From the NCBI GenBank assembly GCA_043228905.1, contig JBHGNT010000001.1, forward strand, positions 27,838,001 to 27,902,000: a DNA stretch of 64,000 bases, written 5' to 3'. The stretch is from Azolla caroliniana. Lineage: Eukaryota > Plantae > Polypodiophyta. Made by a program: the position numbers and the translations under genes. Positions 1 to 11,749 of the stretch are shown here, piece after piece (position 1 is the first letter of the stretch; each line of letters starts with the position of its first letter). A model generated the notes under the pieces. It was given only the letters and a program-made list of their open reading frames with translations, made no database searches and was not told the origin of the DNA.

Positions 1-201
1 CTTTTACAACAAAGTTAATCGAGTACCACAACTATGGTAACTGACTTGTACCACAACTATACATATTTATATCTATCCACCATTGGGATCCATTGGTGGA
101 AACAATCACCCCGGTGCTTTGTAGTTCCATTTAGGCCCTGTCGAAGATTTGACCATTATAGGAGAACCACCCCATTTCAACATAAGCTTTAACCTTGCCA
201 T

Positions 202-699
202 TAGCAATGGGCATGGTTCGGTTCGATTTCAAGGCAAAGAAACCAAACCGAACCAAATTTGAACCGTTTAGATAAACAAAAACCAAACCAAATCGTTTAT
301 GAACTCTCAAGTATTTAAACCAAACCATTTAAGAAAAAGTAAACCAAACCATTTAAACCGAATCTATTTAGGGAAAAGTTGAACCAAACCGAACCATTTA
401 ATAAAAAAATTTAAACCTAACCATTTAAGTCAAACTAATTAAACATCTAAATAAACAAAAATTAAATTTATTAAATCAGTAAAAGACATTAATTAAACAA
501 TTAAATTAATAAACTATTAAGGTAAAAAAAAGGTTAACCAAAAACCTATAAACCAAATCATTTAAACCTATAAACCTGAGTTTTAGAACCGAAACTGAAC
601 CGTTTATAAAAAATCCAAACCACTAAAAAATTTGGAACCAATAAACCGTTAAACCATGGCTTAACGGTTCGGTTCGAGCCGAAACCGTGCCCATTGCTA
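202..699. mobile_element. Non-autonomous hAT-type DNA transposon (MITE)
   Basis: Terminal inverted repeats TAGCAATGGGCATGGTT (202-) and AACCGTGCCCATTGCTA (-699). 8-bp target duplication CTTGCCAT (194-201) / CTTGTCAT (700-707), 7/8 match. Many subterminal AAACCG/CGGTT motifs. Confidence 0.85.
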
Positions 700-1040
700 C
701 TTGTCATTTCTACTTTGTTTGAATCCCCCTGAATCAAGTCATACCTATTATGAAAGATTCAATATGAAGTTCACATATAAGTTATGCATACAAGGAATTC
801 CATGTGAGAAGTTTCAAAATTTGATTTAGATGTTCTCCAATGCTTGAAAACTTTGGATGTGCCTCGTGAAATTTGCTTTTCAACAAGTTAGGAGCTCCAA
901 CTTCCAAGCACATTAACAAAACAAAAAGTACACTTTATAATGATGAAACCAATCTAATTACTTACGTTGCAGATGACAGGTTTTATTTTCAAATATGAAA
1001 TAAAAGTTTAATGTAGTTAATTATTGAGGATGATAGAAGT

Positions 1041-1067
1041 TGTCACGGATACACCGTGTCCGTGACA
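1041..1067. mobile_element. 27-bp palindromic LTR-end footprint (TG..CA) with 5-bp TSD
   Basis: TGTCACGGATAC-ACC-GTGTCCGTGACA flanked by GAAGT (1036-1040, 1068-1072). The arms match the LTR terminus TGTCACGGACACACC at 39304. Confidence 0.7.
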
Positions 1068-1125
1068 GAAGTGATCAAAGAATAAAATGTTTGATGCATA
1101 TTACATATATTTTTGATGTGTTTTA

Positions 1126-4100
1126 TTTTTTTCCAAAAAAGATACTACTTTAGTATTAGAAAACACCATAAGGCTAAACATACAAGATATACAACCCGAT
1201 CCCCTATGTTTTTCTAACTTCTAAGTTCTAATCATCGGCTTAAATAAATACTTTGGTGTTGAGTAAAACCACTCCACCGTATAAAAAAGTATTCTATAAA
1301 AAGTCCCAAATGGCATGAAACTCCAAACACTTAAGCTCCACTCGATGCGTATTACCTTTTATACTATCCAACAACCCTCTGAGATTATGCACAATCTCTA
1401 TCCACATCCCGAATTTATTTGGGCAGGTCTTTCAGTCACATTTTGAAATACCTTCAAACATTGAGCCTTCCAAATATACCAAATTGTAATACTACTTACC
1501 AATTGCCATATTTGAGGTTTATCAATTTGTATTTGTGGATTCAGAGGGATCAAATTTTTTTCCATTAAACCATGTCTCATCATAATAGCATCAACAACCT
1601 CCTCATGTTCATATACCATAGGTTTATCATGTACCACCGCCCATAATATTGCACCCCATGTATACACTGATCTAGGATATACTAGAGTTAATAATTTTAT
1701 GATTCATTTCCATATGTCCAAAGCAAAACCATAACTCCCCAAATAATGTTTAGCAGTCTCTATTACATCTGTACAAAAAGGGCACATCTTGTCTACATTT
1801 CCTTTTTGCCACCCATTAACTGGTATAACATTATGAACCAACAACCATCGAAAACAAGCAATTTTCCTACTCATCTTATACCCCATAGCCATTTCCAAAA
1901 TTGTTTGAGATGTTGTGGAGAAAGTCCATTTTGTCTCCAAACAACATTTGCAGTTGGTTCTTTCCATGATCTAGCACCTAATATTTTCCTACCAATCTTC
2001 ACAAAATATTGAAAGAAAGGCATGTATTTGATGTGATCTTGCACCCACACCTTCCAATATAGTTCTCTAGGATCCGAAGTTAATCTAGATATTTGTCTCA
2101 TTTCCATAATCCAAATCGTCCAAAAATAATTCACCTTTTGAGGATCCGGGTCTAAGACCCAATTTGATCCATCATTTGCAATCACCCTCACTTCTTTATG
2201 CAAACAAAACCTAAACAAATCATTTTCCTTTGGTGTAAAGATTAACCTACCACCATCTTGTACATCAAAACTCATACACTCTTGTTCCCTAATATAGGCT
2301 TTAACTCCAATTAAAACATCCAATGGAGTAAATAAACCCATCCACTTCTGTGTAGCAGATCCAATTTGCATCTGAATATTAAAAAGGGCATTTTGTATTA
2401 TAGAATACATTATCTTCTCACCCCTTATATTACTAATTAGTATCAGTTGTTGATCTATAGGTTTAGACAGAAATGTTGTCCATGCACCTATAGACTGTGC
2501 TAGCCCATGATCTAATTTTGCCCATGCACATCTAGTACGCATTCCCAACATCTGTCCTCCTTGTTCAGTCAACCATGAATTCCAAATCAGGGATTGTCTA
2601 TAGAATTCAGATTCTGTTTTTGGCAATGTCTTAACTAAATCAAGAGAAATATCTTTCCATGCATTAAGGACACATTGAGCAAATCTGTCTTCCCAGTTTG
2701 TGGCAATAGCCAATTTATTATGTTCCATAAAAGCCCATCTAAAACTAGGCCTCCAATCCCCACCAGTTTTGGGACAAAACTTTTGCAATTCATAAAACAA
2801 CAATTGTTTCCAAGGTTCCAATCCTAACAACAATCCTCGAATCACCAATTTTGCAATCAAAGCTTTGGACTGTTGTAATGGATCTACAATCCCTAATCCT
2901 CCTTGATCCAATGGCTTAACAATTGTGGACCAAAATACCTTTCCCCTGGCATGGCTTAACAATTCGGATCAATCTTTGTAATTGTCCCATACATGATCTG
3001 GAAAAACTCCAACATGACATAATATACCAAAGACTAGACAACAAAACTTGATTAACGACCATCACTCTACCCGCAAATGATAGTTTAGCTTTACTCCAAA
3101 ACAATAGTTTTTTCCTAATTTTCAATAGCAAAGAACTAACCTGAATTTCTAAAGAAATATTCAAACCTACTTGACATCCCAAATATCTAACTGAAGTGCC
3201 CTTAGGAATCCATCGGAAATCTGGATGAGGACTCCATTGCGGAGTTGTGGAATTGGACGAGACCAAAAGCCCCACTGATTTATTCCAGTTAATTGATGCA
3301 CCTAACGCCATACAAAATGTTTGCACTGTTGTGTACATTTTCTGCAAATTATTATTCTAACAATCTAGATACAAACTTGTATCATCAGCAAATTCTACAT
3401 CGACAACATTTGTCCCATCAAGGGGCATTGCTATTCCTTTCAATCCAACCTCTTTAACAGTAAAAAACAAACTCATCGCTTCAGCAAAAACAAAAATAAA
3501 TATGGTGCAAGTGAACAACCTTGTCGTACACTTTGGGAAATTTGAAACTCATCATTGTTAACCCCTCCTGCCAAAACAGAACTGCACGTTGAATTGTACA
3601 AAGAAGAGACTCCTATCACCCATTTCTCCGTAAAACCCAGTCTTACAAGAGTACCCTGAAGGAAGTCCCAATCAACTCGATCATATGCCTTTTCAAAGTC
3701 AAGTAACAAAATCACTAAATTCTCTTTTTTCTTACGAGCCAAGGTAATGGCTTCCCCAAAAAAGAACAAATTATATAGTATAGTTCTTTCTTGAATAAAA
3801 CTTATTTGGGTGATATGAATAAAATCATGTAAGAAAGGTTGCACTCTCAATGACAATTTTTTTGCGAAGATTTTATATATTGTATTTAGCAAAGTTTTTG
3901 GTCTCCATTTTCTAATATCATCTGATATACCTTCAACCTTACGTATTAAATAAATCAAGCCAACTGCCATACTACGAGGCATGTACCCAATGTCAAAAAT
4001 AGTTTGATAAGCTTTTGTTAAGTCTTCCCCAATATATTCCCAATATTTGAGGAAACAATGTGGAGTAATTCCATCCTCCCATGGACAAGACATAAAACTT

Positions 4101-6179
4101 AAAGCTCTAAGTGCATTATGTATTTCCATAATGTCAAAGGGCTTTAGTAATGCAACCTTCATTTCATTTGTGACTTTAGGCTTAATTTTGTCCCACACAC
4201 ATTTCCTACTTGTGTGAATAGATTCGGTAGCAACTCCAACGAACAACAATTTAGTATAGTAAGTAGTAGCAATTTGTACAATTCCTGACTCATCTTCTGT
4301 TAAGGAGCCATCTTCTCTCCTTAGTTGTTTAATCCCTACTGCCGACCATTTCGGTGCAACTTGGGAAAAAACCATTTTGTTTACTCTGTCACCTACTTGT
4401 GTCCATTTTGAAGCAAAAGCTTGATATTGAAATTGTAAAATGTTGTCCTCAATATTTCTTAATTCCCATTTCGCATTATGTAAAGCATTTGTTGTCCATT
4501 CACACAATGGATCCCTTTCTTGAAAATGTTGCAACGATGTCAAGGCACGATGCATACTGATAATTTTTTGTGTTTATCTTTCCCTTTTCCCGTGTGCCCA
4601 AGAGATTAAGAAACCACTAATATGTGATATTGCCAAGGCCACATTATCTTCCACATTTCCTAATTGCAATAAAGTTTGTCTCCATATACATAACTTGTTC
4701 ATTAATTATGGATTTTGTAAACAATTCCGGTGGAATCCTTATTCTCCCTTGTTGCTTACGTTTTTTCCCATCATTAACTTGTAACACAACTGAGGCATGA
4801 TCGGAGAAAGTCGTACATGAATAAATGCCAACACTCCCTCCTATCTCTACAAATAAGTCATCATCATAAATCCTATAAATTCTTGACAGATTTGCCCCAT
4901 TTAATCTTCTATCAAACCTAGAAAACATTAAAGAATTATGCAATTTTCCAAAGGATGGTAAATGCCAAACATCCAACAACCTTCTACTTATAGTAAATTT
5001 TTCCCATGCAGATAATTCTAAACCATGCATTGTTGCTCCACCTTCACCACTCCTATTCTTAGGATCCTCAATCATATTAAAGTCTCTTGCTATACACCAA
5101 TGATCTATAATTGGCAATGAACTATCCAATTCAATCCACATCTTTAATCATTCTCTAGAAGAATTAGGACCATACAAATTCAGAAAGCCAACCTTTTTAT
5201 TATGAAATTTCATATAGCATATTGTGCTCTTCCTAACAACAAATTTCCTACATCCAACATCTTTACTTGCCATATATCACGAATAGCCATACATACTTCC
5301 ATATTTCCCAAATCTTCAATCATTTGAGTTTGTCCATCTTCTACGTCGGTTAACAAATTGTATATATTATCCTAGGTTGCCATTTGGATTTATCATGACT
5401 TGTTTTTTTTTATCATGTGTCTTTTGGCAACTTGAACCCAAGAGCCGCCAACACTTGTTTGCGGCTCATCATTTACAACATTTCCTAAGGAATGACATCA
5501 TCTGTTGCATCAATTAGGAGGTTTAATTGGAGTTGTATTAGATGCCTATATGCATAACAAAGACGGACAAATATTTGGAATACCAATAGTTAAATTATTA
5601 TGTACTAGAGGAAAACCGTTGCCGGAATATGTGAAATTACCTTGTTTGGAGAATGGGGGATGTGGAAAGAGACAAAAAAATATATATGTTGGGTAAAACT
5701 CGTAGTTAGAACTAAAATATCATGTTGGGTCTCTCTCATAGGATCAAAACCCTGTTTCCATTCTTGAAACTTAACCCATGCTCCTCCTCGTATATCAACA
5801 AATTTCATAGCAAGTAATACCTGGACAGATGCCTCATCTTGAAACTCGACATGATAATAGCCTCTTCCTAGAAATTGCACATCTTCAATCCGGCCAATTT
5901 CAGCCTGCAATCGAGCATGTAGCAAGTGTCTCAACTCTTGACGATGTGGCCGGAGACCTAAAACTTGTATAATTAGAGAAATTTGTTGCAATTGATCGAT
6001 CTCTTGTCTCATCTATACTTGTTCTTGCTCTGATAGCTAAAGCTCGACCATCAGCCCCACAACAGGTTGAAAATCGGGAAGCGATTCATGGGATCCTCCC
6101 ACTGTCGCAACTACTTGGGCCTTTGTCGTTTTCTCATCCATGCTCTGTTCTCTCGTTTCCATCTCTCGCTTCAAAATCA
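1126..6179 (-). mobile_element. Decayed near-full-length L1-clade LINE (ORF1, endonuclease, RT, zf-RVT)
   Basis: Minus-strand fragments: ORF1 (5605-6141, RRM/DUF4283-like), AP endonuclease C-part (4644-5141, WCIARDFN, SDH), RT (DFEKAYDRVDW, VRQGCSLAPYLF, VEFADD ~3381-3398) and C-terminal CPFC..ETAKH. A-rich tail near 1126-1140. Many stops and frameshifts; ends approximate. Confidence 0.92.
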
Positions 6180-9100
6180 ATGTGTTATTTTACTTTAGTT
6201 CATGAGAGTCATCTTTATTCATTGTATTGGATGGAAACCTACTTTGTATACCATAATCATAATATAATAATTATGTAGACACCATATAAATTATGACATA
6301 TTTTGCTTTGTTTTGGATGGGCACTTTACGAAGTTAGTAGTTTGCCTTGGATGACAAACATTGCCGTGACTCGTGACTGGGTTACATGGAGAAAGTAACC
6401 AAAGTCTTTGGGTTCATACAAGTTAATAAAAAGTAAAAGAAAATAAATTAGAAAACGGATTTCTGACAAGGTGGAGTGGTTCCGAAGTATTTATTTAAGC
6501 TAACAATCAGAACTTAGGATGGGGGTCATTAGCTAAATAAGCGACTAAAGTAAATTATATAGTTAGAGGTAGGTTAGTAGGGTATTTATTGTGTTAAACC
6601 TATTTTATGACTCTATCAATAATACAAAAAAAAAATCATTAATACATTAGACATGATTAATTAGTGCATGAGTTTAAAAATATACCTTATAAATGATTAT
6701 GACATGGAAATTCTCTCTTTGTACTAAAAGGTGATGTTTTAGTGCTTTTTAGCTCTTAGAGTTAATCATAATAGAAACATTCGATTTCTTTTTTTTCGTT
6801 TACAAAAGTCAATAAATTTAGTAATGAATAGAGTGCCTACACATGAAACTTATGCTCTATGATTTCATCATGATATGGAATCATTTATATTCTCCTTAAT
6901 GTTTACGAATTGCCCACATATTATAGTATCACTTGAGGTTTGCTTTATTTTTTTAACTTCTCCTTTATATTCATTTCCCTTGAAGCATATCATAGTTGAC
7001 ATGGCCTATCAATTTGTTGAGAGTGATGTTATCAAACATTGATATCATTCATTCAACGGATCGTCATTGATATCACCCTTATCAATTGTGGTTACCCTTT
7101 TTTATCTATGTTGATATCATAGGAGTTGCAAGTTACCTTACATTGATTATAAGGAAATGTGAAGTCATACATTCAATCTATTAAAATCACATGTTGTATT
7201 GTTAATTCATGATCTTTAGATCTCCTTTTATATTTTTGGATACTTTCTTACTCTAACACAATTGGTTGTTAGAACACCTATAAACTTTCTTATGTTGTAC
7301 TTGATTTCTAGAATATATTACCAAACTACCCTACTCATGGAGCAGGTTGATATTTTATTCAATATGTATATTAATGGTCTACATTGCCAATATACAATGA
7401 AACATGTCACAAATTTGGGCTTAAAAGCCACAATCAAATGTGGTTCCATCCGCAAGGTGAAGGGCACAACCAGTTGCATTAGGAAAACATCGCAAGAGGA
7501 AACAACAATTGTAGTATGCGGGCAACTTTACATCTGAGCCCCCAGTAGATGTGCAAGTCGAGTAACTTGTGTTAAGGACAAATTGTGGACAAATACCACC
7601 CTCGCAAGCTATAGAAATGACATAATAATCAACATCATATTACGTCACAATTTTCCATATAATAGATTGAATGTAATCTCACAAACAACCAACAGACTTC
7701 ATGTGTAAAGAAAGAACATGGATTGGAAATGAGAAGGTGGAATCTATTAGATTAGGAAGAGGTTTAAAGGAATTGGAAATAAAATGGTGTATTAGTGTCT
7801 GTGTTGGAAATAAGTCATCCTTTTAATCAACACACATGATGAGGGCACATGAAGTCTTTCATAAGTTAATATATGCTAAATTGAAGGATTTGAAGGTAAT
7901 TTTAGGCATATAAATTAGTCAATTGATATTGGCTGAGAATCACACAAATACAACATAATTGACCAAATTAAATGATTAGATTTAATGAAATGTAATGCTA
8001 GTTATGTCTCGACTCTCACCTTCACAATTAGTGCTACTTGGGAGGGTAGCCATGAGCATAGAAACCATAATCAAGGAAGCAACAAGTGATTTAGTAGTCA
8101 TTTTACTTATGTTTGTACAATATACGTTATGATTCATGAATTCTTATTATAGACCATTAACAAATATATTGATGGGAATCATAGCACGAATGATAAACAA
8201 CTCTCCGATTTGCTCTTAATTTATAGAGCCAACTTCTCCGTGGCTTAATACCGAGCCTACTAATTTGACTAGGTTTGGGCCAATGAGTACTGAAAAATAT
8301 CCTTAAAAAGAGAGTCCTTATTTGATATGCGTGTTCACATTGACAATATAGTACATTAGGTGTATGTAGTTATATCAAGAGTAAATCTCCACCTATGGAG
8401 TCAAACGACTTATCTCCATAAGTTAAACATATGTAACCAATTTATCTAGTCACAAATTACAATATATTCAACACTTTTGATGTTCCTAAATTGAACAATT
8501 AATGATGAGTCATGTAACATGTTAATACTTTAATTTTAGAGCCATCTATACTCATTTTCGTCACATTTTATTGTCAAGTCAAATGTTAGAATTTCAATGT
8601 ACACAAACACTTTAATTTGAGGTCATTGTGTACAAAATTCCAAACTATCTTTTCAATCATTCACTTAATTTCAATTGAAAATAAGTCTACAATATCAACC
8701 ATGGATTTATTATGTGGACGTGTGCTATCAATATTAGGATTTGATGTGCAACCTTCAATTTCAACAGACATGATTGTCCATTGACATTTTAAACGTTTTG
8801 TTGATTATCCAAAAACACAAATGTAGACATATTTATAGATCCACAAAATGTTTCTTTCGTAGAAAATGACAGGTATGTTTTTTCCATAGCCTCCTATAAT
8901 ATATACGAATGTAACATTCACTCAAAAAATCCACATAACATTGCAGAATCATGATGTAATGGATTGTGGATTAAAATACTAGCTCATGTAAACCCACATC
9001 ATATTTGAGAACGATGCTATTTTTACACATATGTCATGACATATTCATTGATCAACATTGTGTTGCTATCAATGATCCAATTCTTATAATCTTCATGCCC

Positions 9101-9288
9101 ATCTAAGCTTGGCGGTGTTCGCTCTACATAACCTTTTCTATTTTGGTTTCATTTGGTGGAGTTGGTTTTGATCTTAATCACCTTAGAAAACCCTATTTTA
9201 TATGCAATTAATTATACACACTAAAATCTAAAATCATCCTGTAAAGTATCATTATCCATAGAAGCTTGTTCGTATTCATCACAAACAC

Positions 9289-9630
9289 TAGATTTGGCAA
9301 CAATTCAGTTTGAGCCGAACCAAACCGCATAAACTGTGGCATAACAATTAAAACAATTTGGTTTAGTTTTGTTCAAGTTTGAAAATTTGTGACTAGTTAA
9401 ATATGGTTCACGTTTGAAAACTTGTAAAGGGGTCAATTTGGCTTGGGGGGTTCAAGGGTTTGGTTCAATATGAACCTTTATAAATTTAACATTTGTAGTT
9501 TAATTGGTTTTAAATTGCCATTTAAACAACTTAAATGGCGTAATGGTTTAAGTTTAAGACAATTTTGTATAAATTACTTTTGAGTTTGAGATGTCCAAAC
9601 CAAATTGAACTAAACCATTGTCATTTGCAG
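9289..9630. mobile_element. Probable decayed hAT-like MITE
   Basis: Cluster of GAACCAAACCG/GGTTCA/GGTTT subterminal-type motifs like the element at 202-699. TIRs are degraded and no TSD was confirmed. Confidence 0.35.
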
Positions 9631-10052
9631 ATGAAGAAAACAATCTTTCCAAGACTTATACATGTTTTGTATCTTCCAAACAATTTCTCATACTCACAAT
9701 AAAATATTGTTTTTCTCTTATATATATTTTCCCCAAAAAACTTATAAGTTCTAGCCACTCTCTCTGGATTAATTTAATTTGCTATATAATCATATTACTT
9801 ATGGACAAGAAAAAGCTTTACAATTTCAAATCTATCATTCTTAAATGATCACATCATACAATAATCAAATTTCTTATATAGCTTTGACATAATTGGATCA
9901 TATGACCATTTCCCATGGCATACGTTTTCTTGTATATTTCACTTTTCATCACCTTTATACACATGTACATACTTATACAAGTAACCATACACATTTATAT
10001 ATGTATATGTGTACTTACTCACATACGTATACACAATACGTACACATTTATA

Positions 10053-11201
10053 GATAAAATCAGAGAGCAGCTGTGACGGAGCAAGCAGCGGAGGCCGACA
10101 TCGGAGCAATGGAGGCAACAACCTCGGGGGAAGAGTGCAGCAACATGACCACCTTTCTTCTCATTAAGAGTTAGCAGCCACTGCAGGAGCAGGAGCTGAG
10201 TACAGGAGCTGGAGCTGATTTGCGCAGAGCTTTCCGAAGGGTGGGCGTCGCCATAGCCCCCCCCTCGCCGCTGCCATCTCTGAGCAGAGGCGCTTTAGGG
10301 TTAGGTTCGAGGATTCGAGAGGAGTGAGGATTCGAGGAGTGGGTTCGAGAAGTACGGTAAGGTGTTGCTCCAGCCGTGGTCACTAGGGTTCAATCCAATT
10401 GAGGAGGTGCGGAAACTTAACAATCCTAGGGTGATCACCGCAACATTTCCTGGCCTCCCTCCCCACTTGTGTCTTCTGCTTCCTTTTTTTGGTGAACAAA
10501 TAGGGACGATTTGCCCTAACAAAATGTCCATGGCAGATACAGTAGCGGAGGTGCCCAAGCTACGCATCTTAGTGCCTTCCCTCCATGGACTTCCTACTAG
10601 AATTAGGCTCTACTCTGAGGAGCTAGGTCTCACAATGGTGAATGTGGTATATGAGGGACTCCCTGGGCAGTGTTTCATCTGCAAACAAAAAGGGCACCTA
10701 GCTAAGGAATGTCCTCGTAAGACTGGAAAGGGAAGCTTGGGCCCTCGAACCTCAGGGAAGGCCGAGCCACCCAAGGGCAGTGAGGCTCCTTGGCACCTAG
10801 TTAAGAAGCAGGGGAAACTTCAAAGCCTAGGTGCAGCCTCTCCCCCCCCCTTTCAAGATTGTCTTGTAGAAAGAAGTTCTCCTACCTTGTAACCAACAAG
10901 TGTGGACAAACAACCCTCGAAACAGGTGAAGATCCTCTCGGGGAGTGCGGAGGCGCACAACCTACAGGTGAGAACCTCCAATAGATTCACATTGCTCCAA
11001 GGGCTAGGGGATGGCGACCCAGAAGCGTTGGCAACAACGATGTCCCCCTGCGAATCCTTGTTCCCCAAACTCGTGTTCTCCACCCCAATGGAGATGCAAC
11101 CACAACAGGTACCGTCTATGTTTAAGCCTCCTTGTATAGTCTCTTTGTAATAATCCTACCTAACTAATGGGAAAGTAGCTTCATTTTGGAAAAAATAAAT
11201 A
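10053..11201 (+). mobile_element. ORF1-only (half-L1-like) non-autonomous LINE with 5' inversion
   Basis: 18-bp TSD AATACGTACACATTTATA (10035-10052) / AATACGTACGCATTTATA (11202-11219). ORF1 C-half (LLQPWSLGFNP, zinc knuckle CFICKQKGHLAKEC, SNRFTLL) with a frameshift at a C-run. Stop at 11150, then a LINE-type tail; no ORF2. Confidence 0.8.
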
Positions 11202-11749
11202 AATACGTACGCATTTATATATACACATATTCAAATATATTCACACTTTGTATTTTCACATACAAGCATCACACACACACACACACGCACACGCACACAC
11301 ACCTTCACTTGCGTATAGAATACATATGCACCCACTTTAAATCATCAATTGGATCGATAAACCCATATTTCGTGGTTTAGGTCCAGTGGTTCTGTTCACG
11401 TTTCACATGCGTACTGACATCTTTGTGGCAATGTGCCTAGTGAAATTTACTTTTCGACATGTTAGGTAGTCCAAGCACATTAACAAATGAAAAAGTACAC
11501 TTTATAATTATGCGAACTATTCTAATTACTTACGTTGTAGATGACAAGTTTTAATTTTCAATTTTCAATTTTTTTTAATGTAGCTAAGTATTGAGGACCA
11601 TAGTCATAAAGAACAAATGTTTGGTACATATTCTATATATTTTTGATGCATTAGTTTATTTATAAATCTTGAGAATCAACCTTATTCATTGTTATTAGAT
11701 AGGAACCTACATTATATATTATGATGGTTATACAATTATGCACACCTCA

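Noticed and set aside
6900-9280. Possible decayed TE remnants in AT-rich DNA
   Set aside because: No termini, TSD or translatable motif that I could support.
9950-11330. (TA/CA)n-rich ORFs 9939-10121 and 11186-11380
   Set aside because: Translations of the microsatellite-like DNA that hosts the LINE insertion.
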